The translations under genes were made by a program, and so were the position numbers. The notes beneath the pieces are model-generated. The model made no database searches. It was not told the DNA's origin and saw nothing but the letters and a program-made list of their open reading frames with translations. A DNA stretch of 64,000 bases from Macrostomum lignano (Eukaryota): assembly GCA_002269645.1 (NCBI GenBank), contig NIVC01001871.1, forward strand, positions 1 to 64,000, written 5' to 3'. Shown piece after piece: positions 1-10,699 of the stretch; position 1 is the stretch's first letter, and the number at the start of each line of letters is the position of its first letter.

Positions 1-315
1 GGCGCTGCTGCTGTCCCTCGGTTTCTTCGTCTGGCAGTCCCGCTGCAGCAGCACCAGACAGTGGCCGATGAGGCAGTCTGGCGCATCGCTAGAGCTGTCA
101 GCCCGGCTGGCTAAGCCAACTAGAAGATCCGCCAAGGTGGCCACCAGCAGGCGCAGCGCCAGGCCGCAGGTTAGCGGCGCGAGGCACGGCGCCGCGGCCG
201 GAGGTTGAGCGTCGGCTAGCGAGATGGCGGGCGCCGGTGACGAGAGAGATATCAGGCTGCCATCGGACGGCGACAGGGCTTGGCAGCAGGCCAGGAGCGG
301 GCGGACTGAGGCGGC
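1..315 (-). CDS. INTS10: INTS10 coding exon 4 (continues beyond window start)
   Basis: Acceptor TATCGCACAG|GCC; open frame AASVRPLL...PCLAPLTCGLALRLL...DCLIGHCLVLLQRDCQ to position 1. Confidence 0.75.
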
Positions 316-3300
316 CTGTGCGATAGATAAAAGTACACAGTTTTAAAGTGCACAACTGAGTAAAACTGATGATAGATAGATAGACGCTGCAAAAATATGT
401 AATTGTGTCTAACAGGGACTAATAGGGGATCATTAGACAGGTGTAACTATGGATCAAACAGGATTCTGGTGAGACTAAATATCTAACAGGATCAGATTGA
501 GGATTAGCAGAGGTGAGTAACTTTTTACCTGCCCAAATGGGCAGATGTGCAACCGACAGCTCAGCCGCAGCTATTGCGCAGCGCACCTGAGGCTGCGTAC
601 GGCTGTTCAGTCCAAGGACGGGTTGAGGGTCGCCACACACACCTCAATTACCCCAGCTAATTCTGGCACCCATTTTACAGTTACAGCTCATGGGTGAACT
701 GAAGCAATGCAGAGTTAAGTGTCTTGCTCAAGGACACAAATTGTTCCAGTGGGGTCGAGAATCGAACCCCGACCTTTTAGTCGTGAGCTCGATGCTCTAA
801 TCACTAGGCTACAGACTATCTACGCCGCTAAATATCTAACAGGAACATGTGTGGGATCATCAGAGATGGTGTTAACAAACCATAGCTCCCTGCAGCTGAA
901 GGCACTGAGCCTCATAATAGAGCCTGTGCTCAGTAGGCCAAGCCCCGGCCCTGACGCAAGCAGGCGCAGCTCCTTCAAGCAGGCAGCCGGCTGTCCAATG
1001 TACAGCAGGTGCTCAGACACGATGCTATCTAACCAAGCAGCCTGACAGCGCCCCGACGCTGCAGTCGATCCTTGATCGAATCAATTCTTCGCTGCAATTC
1101 CGGCCAATCCCGTATTAGCCAAACAATATTGCTGGCCGATAAAAAAGCTTTAGAGGCTTCGCGGCGAGCAATTGAAACTGTTGGCATTTGCAGTTTGTCG
1201 GCTACTGGGCGAAGGCAGTGCAACAGTAGGATGGCGTGACTGGACGAAGCGCTCTCCAAGTTGGACGCGTCGATGCCCTGGTGAGCAGTTGCCGACGTGA
1301 CTGACTGTGGCGACGTTGGAGGCGTTGGCGATGTTGAACCCGACTGCTGCCGGGCCAGACGGTAAAATCGATTGGCGGCTTCCGCTAGAAGAAGCAGACT
1401 AACTGCGGCCAGAGACTTGATCTAGTGGAGGAAAATATTTGGAAATCGCATCTAATCATGTCTTTGTCCAGACGCAAAATGGCATCTCTTTTATGCATAA
1501 TAAACCCAATCTAAACGACATCTAGCGATAACAAATGGCACCTAGCGATTACAAATGGCACGTCCTAGCGATAGCAAATGGCACCTAGCGATTACAAATG
1601 GCACCTAGCGATTACAAATGGCACCTAGCGATAGCAAATGGCACCTAGCGATAGCAAATGGCACCTAGCGATAACAAATGGTACTGGTAGGAAAAAATGG
1701 TGCAACCGATAACAAATGGCACCTAGCGATAACAAATGGCACCTGGTAAAAACAAATGGCACCTAGCGATAACAAATGGCACCTAGCGATAACAAATGGC
1801 ACCTAGCGATAACAAATGACACCTAGCGATAACAAATGGCATCTAGCGATTACAAATGGCACCTAGCGATTACAAATGACACCTAGCGATAACAAATGCC
1901 ATCTAGCGATAAAAAATGACATCTAGCGATAACAAATCTTCTACCAATACTAAATTCTTCTTAATACTATGACTACATTAATGTCCGTCAGTTCTCGAGT
2001 AAATAAATAAATGTAAAGTTTAAGCACCTGATTAGAATCCAATTCTGAACTAGCTGCAGCCGATAGTACAGAATCCGGCTGCCCTCTGGCCAGCTGATGC
2101 AACTGCAGGCCCAGCTGGTGGCACAGCCTATCAGCCAGTTGGCGGCCAGCTACCGGCCAAGAATTGCCAGATAGTTGCCAGCTGTCCAGCAGTGCTTGCT
2201 GCTGCTGCTGTGCAGAGCCCACAGCAACGTAAAATTCCATAGACATTGTTAACAACTTTCGAAGTAATTTTGAACTTAATTGCACGCTGCCACTACTTGC
2301 ATTGGCGCCGTCTAGTAGTACGGGAAGCACATCCACAACTAGGCATTTTCGATGCTTGTTGAGCACTGTGTCTTCGCAAGAGTCCTACAAAAGTAGAGCG
2401 ATGGGGATAGGTTATAGATCGCAGGCATTAAAAAACTGGTCGAGTTTTGAGTTATATCAAAATGCCAACTACGTCAACTGAATCAACTAAACCGGCACTG
2501 GAATGGCATCTCCCCAGACCGAAATGGCACCTCTTTACACTACAATTGCATCTCTCCACACTGAAATGGCATCTCTCCACACTGAAGTGGAATCTTTCCA
2601 AACTGAAATGCCATCTCTAAACAGACATGGCACCTCTCCACACTGAAATGGCATCTCTAAACAGACATGGCATCTCTCCACACTAAAATGGCATCTCTAA
2701 ACAGACATGGCATCTCTCCACGACTCCACACTGAAATGGCACTCTCCACACTGAAGTGGAATCTTTCCAAACTGAAATGCCATCTCTAAACAGACATGGC
2801 ACCTCTCCACACTGAAATGGCATCTCTAAACAGACATGGCATCTCTCCACACTAAAATGGCATCTCTAAACAGACATGGCATCTCTCCACGACTCCACAC
2901 TGAAATGGCACTCTCCACACTGAAGTGGAATCTTTCCAAACTGAAATGCCATCTCTAAACAGACATGGCACCTCTCCACACTGAAATGGCATCTCTAAAC
3001 AGACATGGCATCTCTCCACACTAAAATGGCATCTCTAAACAGACATGGCATCTCTCCACACTAAAATGGCATCTCTAAACAGACATGGCATCTCTCCACG
3101 ACTCCACACTGAAATGGCACTCTCCACACTGAAGTGGAATCTTTCCAAACTGAAATGCCATCTCTAAACAGACATGGCACCTCTCCACACTGAAATGGCA
3201 TCTCTAAACAGACATGGCATCTCTCCACACTAAAATGGCATCTCTAAACAGACATGGCATCTCTCCACACTGAAGTGGAATCTCTCCACATTGAAATGCC

Positions 3301-5184
3301 ATCTCTAAACAGACATGGCACCTCTCCACACTGAAGTGGAATCTCTCCACATTGAAATGCCATCTCTAAACAGACATGGCATCTCTCCACACTGAAGTGG
3401 AATCTCTCCACATAGAAATGCTATCTCTAAACAGACATGGCATCTCTCCACACTGAAGTGGAATCTCTCCACATAGAAATGCTATCTCTAAACAGACATG
3501 GCACCTCTCCACACTGAAGTGGAATCTCTCCACATTGAAATGAATGAAATGAATGAATGAATGAATGAAAATGAAATGAATCTCTCCACACTGAAGTGGC
3601 ATCTCTCTACACTGAAGCGGCATCTCTCCACACTGAAATGGAATCTTTCCAAACTGAAATGCCATCTCTAAACAGACATGGCACCTCTCCATAGAGAAAT
3701 GCCATCCCTAAACAGACATGGCATCTCTCCACACTGAAGTGGAATCTCTCCACATTGAAATGCCATCTCAAAACAGACATGGCATCTCTCCACACTGAAG
3801 CGGCATCTCTCCACACTGAAATGGAATCTTTCCAAACTGAAATGCCATCTCTAAACAGACATGGCATCTCTCCACACTGAAGTGGAATCTCTCCACATTG
3901 AAATGCCATCTCTAAACAGACATGGCATCTCTCCACACTGAAGTGGCATCTCTCCACACTGAAATTGAATCTTTCCAAACTGAAATGCCATCTCTAAACA
4001 GACATGGCACCTCTCCACATTGAAATGCCATCTCTAAACAGACATGGCATCTCTCCACACTGAAGTGGAATCTCTCCACACTGAAGTGGAATCTCTCCAC
4101 ATTGAAATGCCATCTCTAAACAGACATGGCACCTCTACATACTGAAATGACATCTCTCCACACTGAAATGGAATCTCTCCACACTGAAATGGCATCTCTC
4201 CACACTGAAATGGAATCTCTCCACACTGAAATGGAATCTCTCCACACTGAAATGGAATCTCTCCACACTGAAATGGCATCTCTCCACACTGAAATGGCAT
4301 TTCTCCACACTGAAATGGAATCTCTCCACACTGAAATGGCATCTCTCCACACTGAAATGGAATCTCTCCACAGTGAAATGGCATCTCTCCACACTGAAAT
4401 GGCATCTCTCCACACTGAAATGGCATCTCTCCACACTGATATGGAATCTCTCCACACTGAAATGGAATCTCTCCACACTGAAATGGCATCTCTTCAAACC
4501 TGAATAGCTGAAAACAATCAATACAGACACATCGAAGCAGCCTAGATATAGATTTAAGTGCTTGAACGGTTTGGATTGCAAGGAACGAACCTGTTCAGCC
4601 GCTAGCAGAGCTTCAACAAGCGACGAGCCTTGCTGTGCAGCCACAGACGGATATTGTTGAATAGCGTAGAGCAATAGGCCAGCCTGCTCTAGGGCGCTGC
4701 CAACTGATTGGCCATATTTCAGCAACAGCTCGCATTGCAGCCGGCCAGGCAGGCGGCCAAACAGTGCGGTTGAGGCGGCATCTCCATCAGCTTTAGTCAC
4801 GCCTTCCAGTACTCGGCTGAGCTCCTGATAAAACAGCGCCTCGTTGGGATTTTCGGCGTACATTTGCATGAAAGCGGCCGCCGCCGCGTCCCAATCGGCT
4901 TCATCTCTGGCTAACTGATAGGCCCAGCGGCGAACTTTGAAACTGTCTCGCCAAAGGCATTTAGCCAGTGCCAGATGACACCTGGCTAGCTGATAATCAC
5001 CTTGGCTAGAGCGGGTTTCAATTGCTGAGCAGACGAAATCAACATCAGCTTCTAAGCGTTTCGATGCCGGCACTAATGGAGGCGGCTCGGTGGAACCTGA
5101 TGAAGACGATGGGGCAGAGGCTGGAGCCGAGGAACCAGACGATGGCGGTGCAGCTTTGCGCTTTAGCTTGTTTGATGACGACAT
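1..5184 (-). CDS. INTS10: Integrator complex subunit 10 (multi-exon; 3' end outside window)
   Basis: Exons 4591-5184, 2028-2384, ~881-1421 and <1-315. Peptides match recalled human INTS10 in order: LFGRLPGRLQCELLLK (vs LFETLPGRVQCEMLLK), QQGSSLVEALLAAE (vs QHGVGLGEALLEAE), HRKCLVVDVLPVLL (vs FRKLFVCDVLPLII), SEHLLYIGQ (vs TDMIIYQGQ), IGHCLVLLQRD (vs LGHVIVLLQQE). Exon1-2 and exon2-3 junctions are GT-AG, phase 0. Confidence 0.85.
492..827 (-). mobile_element. Full-length tRNA-derived CORE-type SINE with 17-bp TSD
   Basis: Minus strand has A-box TAGCCTAGTGA and B-box GGTTCGATTCT, then a MIR/CORE-like segment TGTGTCCTTGAGCAAGACACTTAAC...CTGTAAAATGGG. Direct repeat CTAAATATCTAACAGGA at 475-491 and 828-844. 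Confidence 0.85.
881..1421 (-). CDS. INTS10: INTS10 coding exon 3 (contains apparent -1 frameshift; 3' boundary uncertain)
   Basis: Acceptor CCACTAG|ATC. Homology switches reading frame near 1051-1054 (...IKDRLQRR / AAWLDSIVSEHLLYIGQ). Confidence 0.65.
1521..1936. repeat. 20-bp minisatellite (AACAAATGGCACCTAGCGAT)n, INTS10 intron 2
   Basis: Directly visible tandem units. Confidence 0.95.
2028..2384 (-). CDS. INTS10: INTS10 coding exon 2 (119 codons)
   Basis: Acceptor TTTTGTAG|GAC, donor CAG|GTGCTT, phase 0-0; DSCEDTVLNKHRKCLVVDVLP. Confidence 0.8.
2497..4495. repeat. Compound 21/19-bp minisatellite (CTGAAATGGCATCTCTCCACA / TAAACAGACATGGCATCTC), INTS10 intron 1
   Basis: Tandem units with higher-order blocks; source of spurious ORFs 3366-4503. 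Confidence 0.95.
4591..5184 (-). CDS. INTS10: INTS10 coding exon 1 (198 codons)
   Basis: ATG at 5184 (MSSSNKLKRK...), donor CAG|GTTCGT at 4591/4590. Confidence 0.85.
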
Positions 5185-6194
5185 TCCAAAGGAAAATAAA
5201 TACAATGGCTGCACATGCAATGTTTTATTATTTGAGTTTATGCTCAATTATATTTTTTGTGCTTTTGTGAATTATTTACATCATTGTTAAGTCGATGGCC
5301 TGAGTGGGTAGCTTTATAAAGCTATTGATAAAGTTCCTAATAAAGCTGTTGATGAAGAGCTGCCAATAAAGCTGTTAATGAAACAGCTGATATTGCTAAC
5401 ACTAATAAACTTGCATTAGCCTAAGACAGCTATTTACCTTTATTATAGATAATAAAAGCTGCAATATAAAATGTAACATGTCAAGTATTTCTCTAAATTC
5501 ATTGTGTTCATTGCAATTTCCATTGAACATAGGCTATATTTAGGAAAATCTAGGCCTTTAAGCTAACAAAGCAACAAAGCAGCTAATAGCCCTATTGCAG
5601 CCAGAGTTTGAATTGCTCTAGATGCCCCATGTAACAATCTTATTCTATATTTACCTGCAAAGCATTAGGCTTTTAGGTCATATTTTTAAAAAAGTTATTA
5701 CTAGTTAGCTTATTGAAAAAGATTTTTGGTAACAACTACTTCAATGACAAGGTTTAGACTAGTTAGTAATAGCCTCAATCAAATCAGTGATATTGCTATA
5801 AATTATAAGACTTACTTAAGTAAATACAACTTATACATAAATAAGAATATATATATAGAAAGACTACATAGAAAGTATGTATCCCTCTACTTAAGTGCAC
5901 ATATCTCTTAAAATCCAAATCCAAATCAATCCTGGTTTAAGTCATTTTAAAGAAGAGGCATGCTGCTTTCAAACGATACCAAACTTATGTCAATGCAACT
6001 TACCAAACGTTTGCTACAAGTAAAAGTAACACTACTTACTTTCCAGACACCTCTTATAGATTGTCTATTGCTGCTTTGATTATTACCTGATCAATATATT
6101 GCCAAATTCTCTTATTGCTAGATTGACTAGACTACAATCTAGAAGCTATAAAAGGTAATATCATTTGAAAAGAATTAGCTAAGCTAGGGGCCTA

Positions 6195-6855
6195 GGTATC
6201 CACATTTTGGTGCTTGTGCTTTTTGGTGCCTAGTGTTTAAGTACCCCAGCTTGCTTTTTAGTGCCTAAATTATAATTTAGAATTGGACACAAAAATATAG
6301 ACAGTGAGCCCTAATTTAGCAATAAGTGCTTTGCTTTTGCAGTACTTATTTACTTTAAAAAACGAAGGTATTATTTAGTTTGTTAACTGACCTGGTATTT
6401 TAATTAAAAAAATAGTTTTATTTCATTTAATTTTTTCTCTAGTCTTGCATTCAATTCTAAAAAAAAGATATGATTAAAAAAAATCAATACTAAAATAGAC
6501 AAGTTATATGGATTTCAATCAAAACTACATGTAGCATTATTAATAGATTTTATCTTTACCTAACTAAGTCTTCATAGCATGCTTGCTAGGTATAGCCTTA
6601 TATTTGTATAAATGATATAGCAAATGTGTGCAATTAAATTGATTGGATTTTTTAAAACTAAAAAAACATACTAGTTTATCAAAATAAATACTAATCTTAT
6701 TAAAAATATTAAACATTTAAAAAATTATTCATTATGTTTGTTATAGGATTTTTTATTATTATCATTTTTGCATTATAGATAAAGATGCTGAAAAGCAATC
6801 TGAGGCACCAAAATGCAGGGCACCAAAATGCATAGGCACCAAAATGCATAGAAAC
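6195..6855. mobile_element. MITE-like non-autonomous DNA element, copy A
   Basis: Ends GGTATCCACATTTTGGTGC... and ...GCACCAAAATGCATAGAAAC, with clustered GGTGCC/GCACC subterminal motifs, TA-flanked. Reverse-complement homologue at 9698-10562. Confidence 0.7.
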
Positions 6856-8942
6856 TAGGGCCTAAGCATAGGGGCCTAATATTGGCATACTTTCATTATA
6901 GAAGACCCAAAAATGCGTGACTTTTATAATGGAAGACCCATGGAAAAGGGGAAGAAATCAATCGAAAAACGAGCATTCACTAACAAAATGAAAGCGTAGC
7001 AAAAGTTAATTCCACACAAAGTTGATGCTTTAATTGACAGTGCTTAATTTCACACAAAGTTGTTATACTGTAATTGCAAGCGTTTATTCCACCAATCTCA
7101 TACCCAGCCTGGCACCCTCCCTCACCTTCAAAAAAGAAGACCCAACTCATTTCACCTAAGTATTTACAACACTGAGGTCTTGCATTACGAAAGTAAGAGA
7201 CCTTAATGTTAAACTTACTTCTGCAGAATTTCCAACAGGTAACCGACAATGAACATCGTGATGTCCATTGGGTGCAGCTTTGACCTCTCTTAAAAATAAA
7301 AGCTTCCATATCCCCTACTTTTGTTTCAGAAGACCTTTAATGGATGCTTAACATTGTCAGTCTTTTAAAACAAAACTGTATATATCATAGAAAATGTACC
7401 CAAGGCCGACACAGGAAAACAAACCCTACGTTTCTGCAGCTTTTGTTGCTGCCACCCCTACTACCTTCGTTTTGGAAGACCTTCAATGAAATAGTAGCTT
7501 GACGGTCTTCTAAAACGAAACTGTAATATAAACTATAATAAAGGACACACAAAGCCATTAAGAATAAACAAACAAAATAATAGACAACAATATATGAGTA
7601 GCTTCTTATGTATTAGGCGGGTCTTCTTTTTTGAAACTGCCAGCTTCCTATTTAATACATAGAGGGTCTTCTAAAACAAAAGAATGCCCTAATATTATAA
7701 TTGTTTGTTATTTTGTTTTTAGTAAATTTAGATTTCTTAAGCAAAACCTTTTATAGGCCTATTATAGGCCTACCTATACTTAAAAATGTTTGGCTTATAT
7801 TAAATACTAGGCCTAGCTACCTAGAGGGGGCTTATCCTGACTCCCATTGAGTCCTACTCCTAATCATAAATAAGGATTATATGCTGATTTCTAGCTAGAC
7901 TATAGCCTAGGATTTCAAGTTACTTTTTCTTTTGTAATGTTTCAATTTCAAAACAAAAACATTATCATTAGGGCCACTAACATCAAAATCAGCACAATAA
8001 TATTGTAAGACAAGTAAGTGCAAATTCATATGTCCTTAAATCAAATGACAAATGCCAATCTGTTATCTGGGATGAAACTTCTCCAAAGAGCATAGAAAAT
8101 CTGCATAAAATTCAAGCACCCACATATAGACCGGTAGACCCTAGTTGTAATTGTAATCAGCTGTTATTTTGCAGGTAAAAACGTCTAATTTAAATTGGGA
8201 ATTGCCTAATTGACTAGGCCTAACGACAATGGAAAGGAAATGAAAAGTTTCAATGTCTACAAACATATTGTATTTATTTAAACATTGATAACAATCGATA
8301 TTATTGTCCTGATTGTGAAAACACTAAATCGTATTCAATTTGAAACTGGACATTTCACATCAGAAATTTTTAATATCATATTTGACAGTTATTAAAGACG
8401 ATATTGTTATTTAATCGCATTTCTTTTTAGTCGCACGCGCACGTACGATCGGAGGGAATTCCGAGGAGGACTGAACAGTTGATTCCGATTTCATGCGGAA
8501 TTTAAAAATGTTTTTATTTTAAAACTGACATTAAACAAAGCTGCTTATAACAGCTCATTCGTTAAGAAGATTTTACGACTTTATTGTTGCTTAGTGAATT
8601 TTATCGACTTTTTCACACAACGCAATATTTTTCTCAAGTATGTTTTCCTGTGAATAATACTCCTTGCTTTCTTAGAATGGGTCACTAATTTGAGGGGACG
8701 AGGCGTTGTTGGCATCGAAGGCATGCAATGACTAGAGCTCGGCACCGTACCGGAACCTGTTTTCTAACGGCTATGGATCCGGCAGTGCATTATAATATAG
8801 ACAGAACATTATAATTTTCTTTCTACAGGTATTGATATTGAGATTTTGTTCTAAATAAGATTCAAGACGATATGATAAGATTCGAAACAACAAGATGCTT
8901 CTAATGTTCAGACTTGTTAAGATATGTTCTTAGTAGTGTTTT

Positions 8943-9203
8943 CATACATGCGCAACCTTCAAAATTTGGTCGGCCGTGCGACTTAGTTTTAACAAAAAAT
9001 GCGACTTACCTGTGAAAGAAAATTAACGCAATTTTGGGTAAACGGCAGGAGTAACTATGACTGTCTTATAAGGGCTAAATGCCTCGTCATCTAATTAGTA
9101 CTACGTATGATTCTTTCGGGTGGGCATTTTTGCGACTTACCTTGGTTGGCCGCCAAATCGGTCGGCCGGATCGGCCGACTCGGCCGACTGTTGCGCATGT
9201 ATG
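8943..9203. mobile_element. hAT-like MITE (inner, 261 bp) nested in the outer MITE
   Basis: Perfect 14-bp TIR CATACATGCGCAAC / GTTGCGCATGTATG; perfect 8-bp TSD AGTGTTTT at 8935-8942 and 9204-9211; subterminal CGGCCGA repeats. Confidence 0.88.
9036..9099 (+). pseudogene. Short 28S rRNA fragment (conserved segment around the R2/I-PpoI site), not a functional rRNA gene
   Basis: GGGTAAACGGCAGGAGTAACTATGACTGTCTTATAAGGGCTAAATGCCTCGTCATCTAATTAGT versus conserved eukaryotic LSU GGGTAAACGGCGGGAGTAACTATGACTCTCTTAAGGTAGCCAAATGCCTCGTCATCTAATTAGT (recalled). Confidence 0.9.
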
Positions 9204-9697
9204 AGTGTTTTGGTATGCTTTTATACGGCACTGCCGGATCCATAGCTGTTAGAAAACGGGTCCCGGTGCCGAAACTCTAGCCATTACCAGCATCGAAACT
9301 CAACTCTGTTGCTAAGTCCCCAAATCCATGCAGGAACTTAGAGCTCCACTTTGAGAGTGATGAAAAAATTCATCTCAACTTTAGCCCCTACCACCCAACC
9401 ACAATGTGAACATAGCATTGACCATCTATGTTGATGCTTGAGTCCTAAATTCCAGGGACTTAATTAAGAGTGCCCCTTGGCCCTTAGTACTCACTTTGAA
9501 ACTGGCAATATTCATTTATTTGAACTAGGCTACTACCCTAACTGTATCAAAGCAATAGCTCAAAATATGATATCCAAAACTTTCCATTTAGGCCTAGTAG
9601 AATAATAAACTTTCTATTGTTCTCTGTTGGTAAAACTATATTAAAATTTTGTAAAATAGTTAAATGTGTAAAACTAGAGGATAGCCACATTTCTCTA

Positions 9698-10562
9698 GGT
9701 TTCCATGCATTTCGGTGCCTGTGCTTTTTGGTGCCTGGCATTTCGGTGCCCTAGATTGCCTTTCGGTGCCCCAGTTTATATTATGCCAAAATGGTGATAA
9801 TAAAAAAGAAATCCTATAACAAATATAATAAAAACTTTACAAAACGTTTGATATTTTTAATGAAAGCAAAAATAATTTTGTGAAGTTGGCACGTTTCTTT
9901 AAATTGGAAAAATCCATTCAATTTAATTGCATACATTTGCTGTATTCTGAATTCTGTACATATAATATAAGCTGGCTGCACTCAGCAAGCATGCTAGTGC
10001 TATGAAGACTTAGTTAGGAAAGTTAAAATCTATCAACAATGCTATATATAGTTTTGATTAAAATTATGAAATGTGACAATGTGAAATATATGTATTTTAG
10101 TTAGTATTGATTTTTTAAATCACCCGATCATGTTTTATTTCATAAAACTGCCTAAGAAATGAAGCAAGTATTATTTAATGAACTGAAATTTTTTTGGGCA
10201 TAAATATTGGACCATATTCTATAAGATTTTATTATAAGCGCATTTGGGGCATTAGTTTAAAATTTTGACGCAGCTGAGATGCGCAGCTATAGTGACATGG
10301 AAGTAAATTGAATCGAGTCAACTGGCCTAATCGAAAACCATTTTTTGAATTCATTAAAACAGCAGGTCAGTTTAACTAAATGAATAATACCTTCTTTTTA
10401 AAGTAAATAAGTACTGCAAAGACAAAGCACTTATTGCTAAATTAGAGCTCAATCTCTATATTTTGTGTCCAATTCTAATATATAATTTGGGCACCGAAAA
10501 GCAAGCTGGGGCACTGAAATGATCGGCACCGAAAAGCACAGGCACCAAAAAGCGTGGATACC
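9698..10562. mobile_element. MITE-like non-autonomous DNA element, copy B (inverted relative to copy A, ~200 bp longer)
   Basis: 10350-10562 is the reverse complement of 6195-6400 (e.g. AAAGCACTTATTGCTAAATTAG, TGTGTCCAATTCTAA); termini GGTTTCCATGC...GTGGATACC. Confidence 0.72.
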
Positions 10563-10699
10563 TTTCTGTATCTATATACTTTGCCTATATTTATATACTT
10601 TGTATCTATATCTATATTATCTATATATCCATAGGCCTAGCTATAGCAAAACTCTAGCCTATAGGGTCCTTGTAGCTTTTAGTAGGGCCTAGGCCTAGC

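Larger units (their letters stand above)
8733..9279. mobile_element. hAT-like MITE (outer), ~60-bp imperfect TIRs
   Basis: TAGAGCTCGGCACCG...TTTTCTAACGGCTATGGATCCGGCAGTG versus CACTGCCGGATCCATAGCTGTTAGAAAA...CGGTGCCGAAACTCTA. Flanks GCAATGAC / GCCATTAC (6/8 match, possible decayed 8-bp TSD). Confidence 0.75.

Noticed and set aside
419-640. 73-aa ORF as a possible INTS10 exon
   Set aside because: It begins within the TSD-bounded SINE (492-827) and has no convincing splice sites.
740-812. tRNA gene
   Set aside because: A/B boxes are present but there is no complete cloverleaf; it is the head of a SINE.
3366-4503. ORFs of 100-150 aa (LHTEMES, QCGEIPF, WRDSISV repeats)
   Set aside because: They are translations of 21-bp intronic minisatellite units. 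The C-terminal part of ORF 4135-5247 past the 4590 donor is also intronic.
9036-9099. Functional 28S rRNA gene
   Set aside because: Only ~65-90 nt match, it is embedded in a TIR element, and there is no surrounding rDNA.
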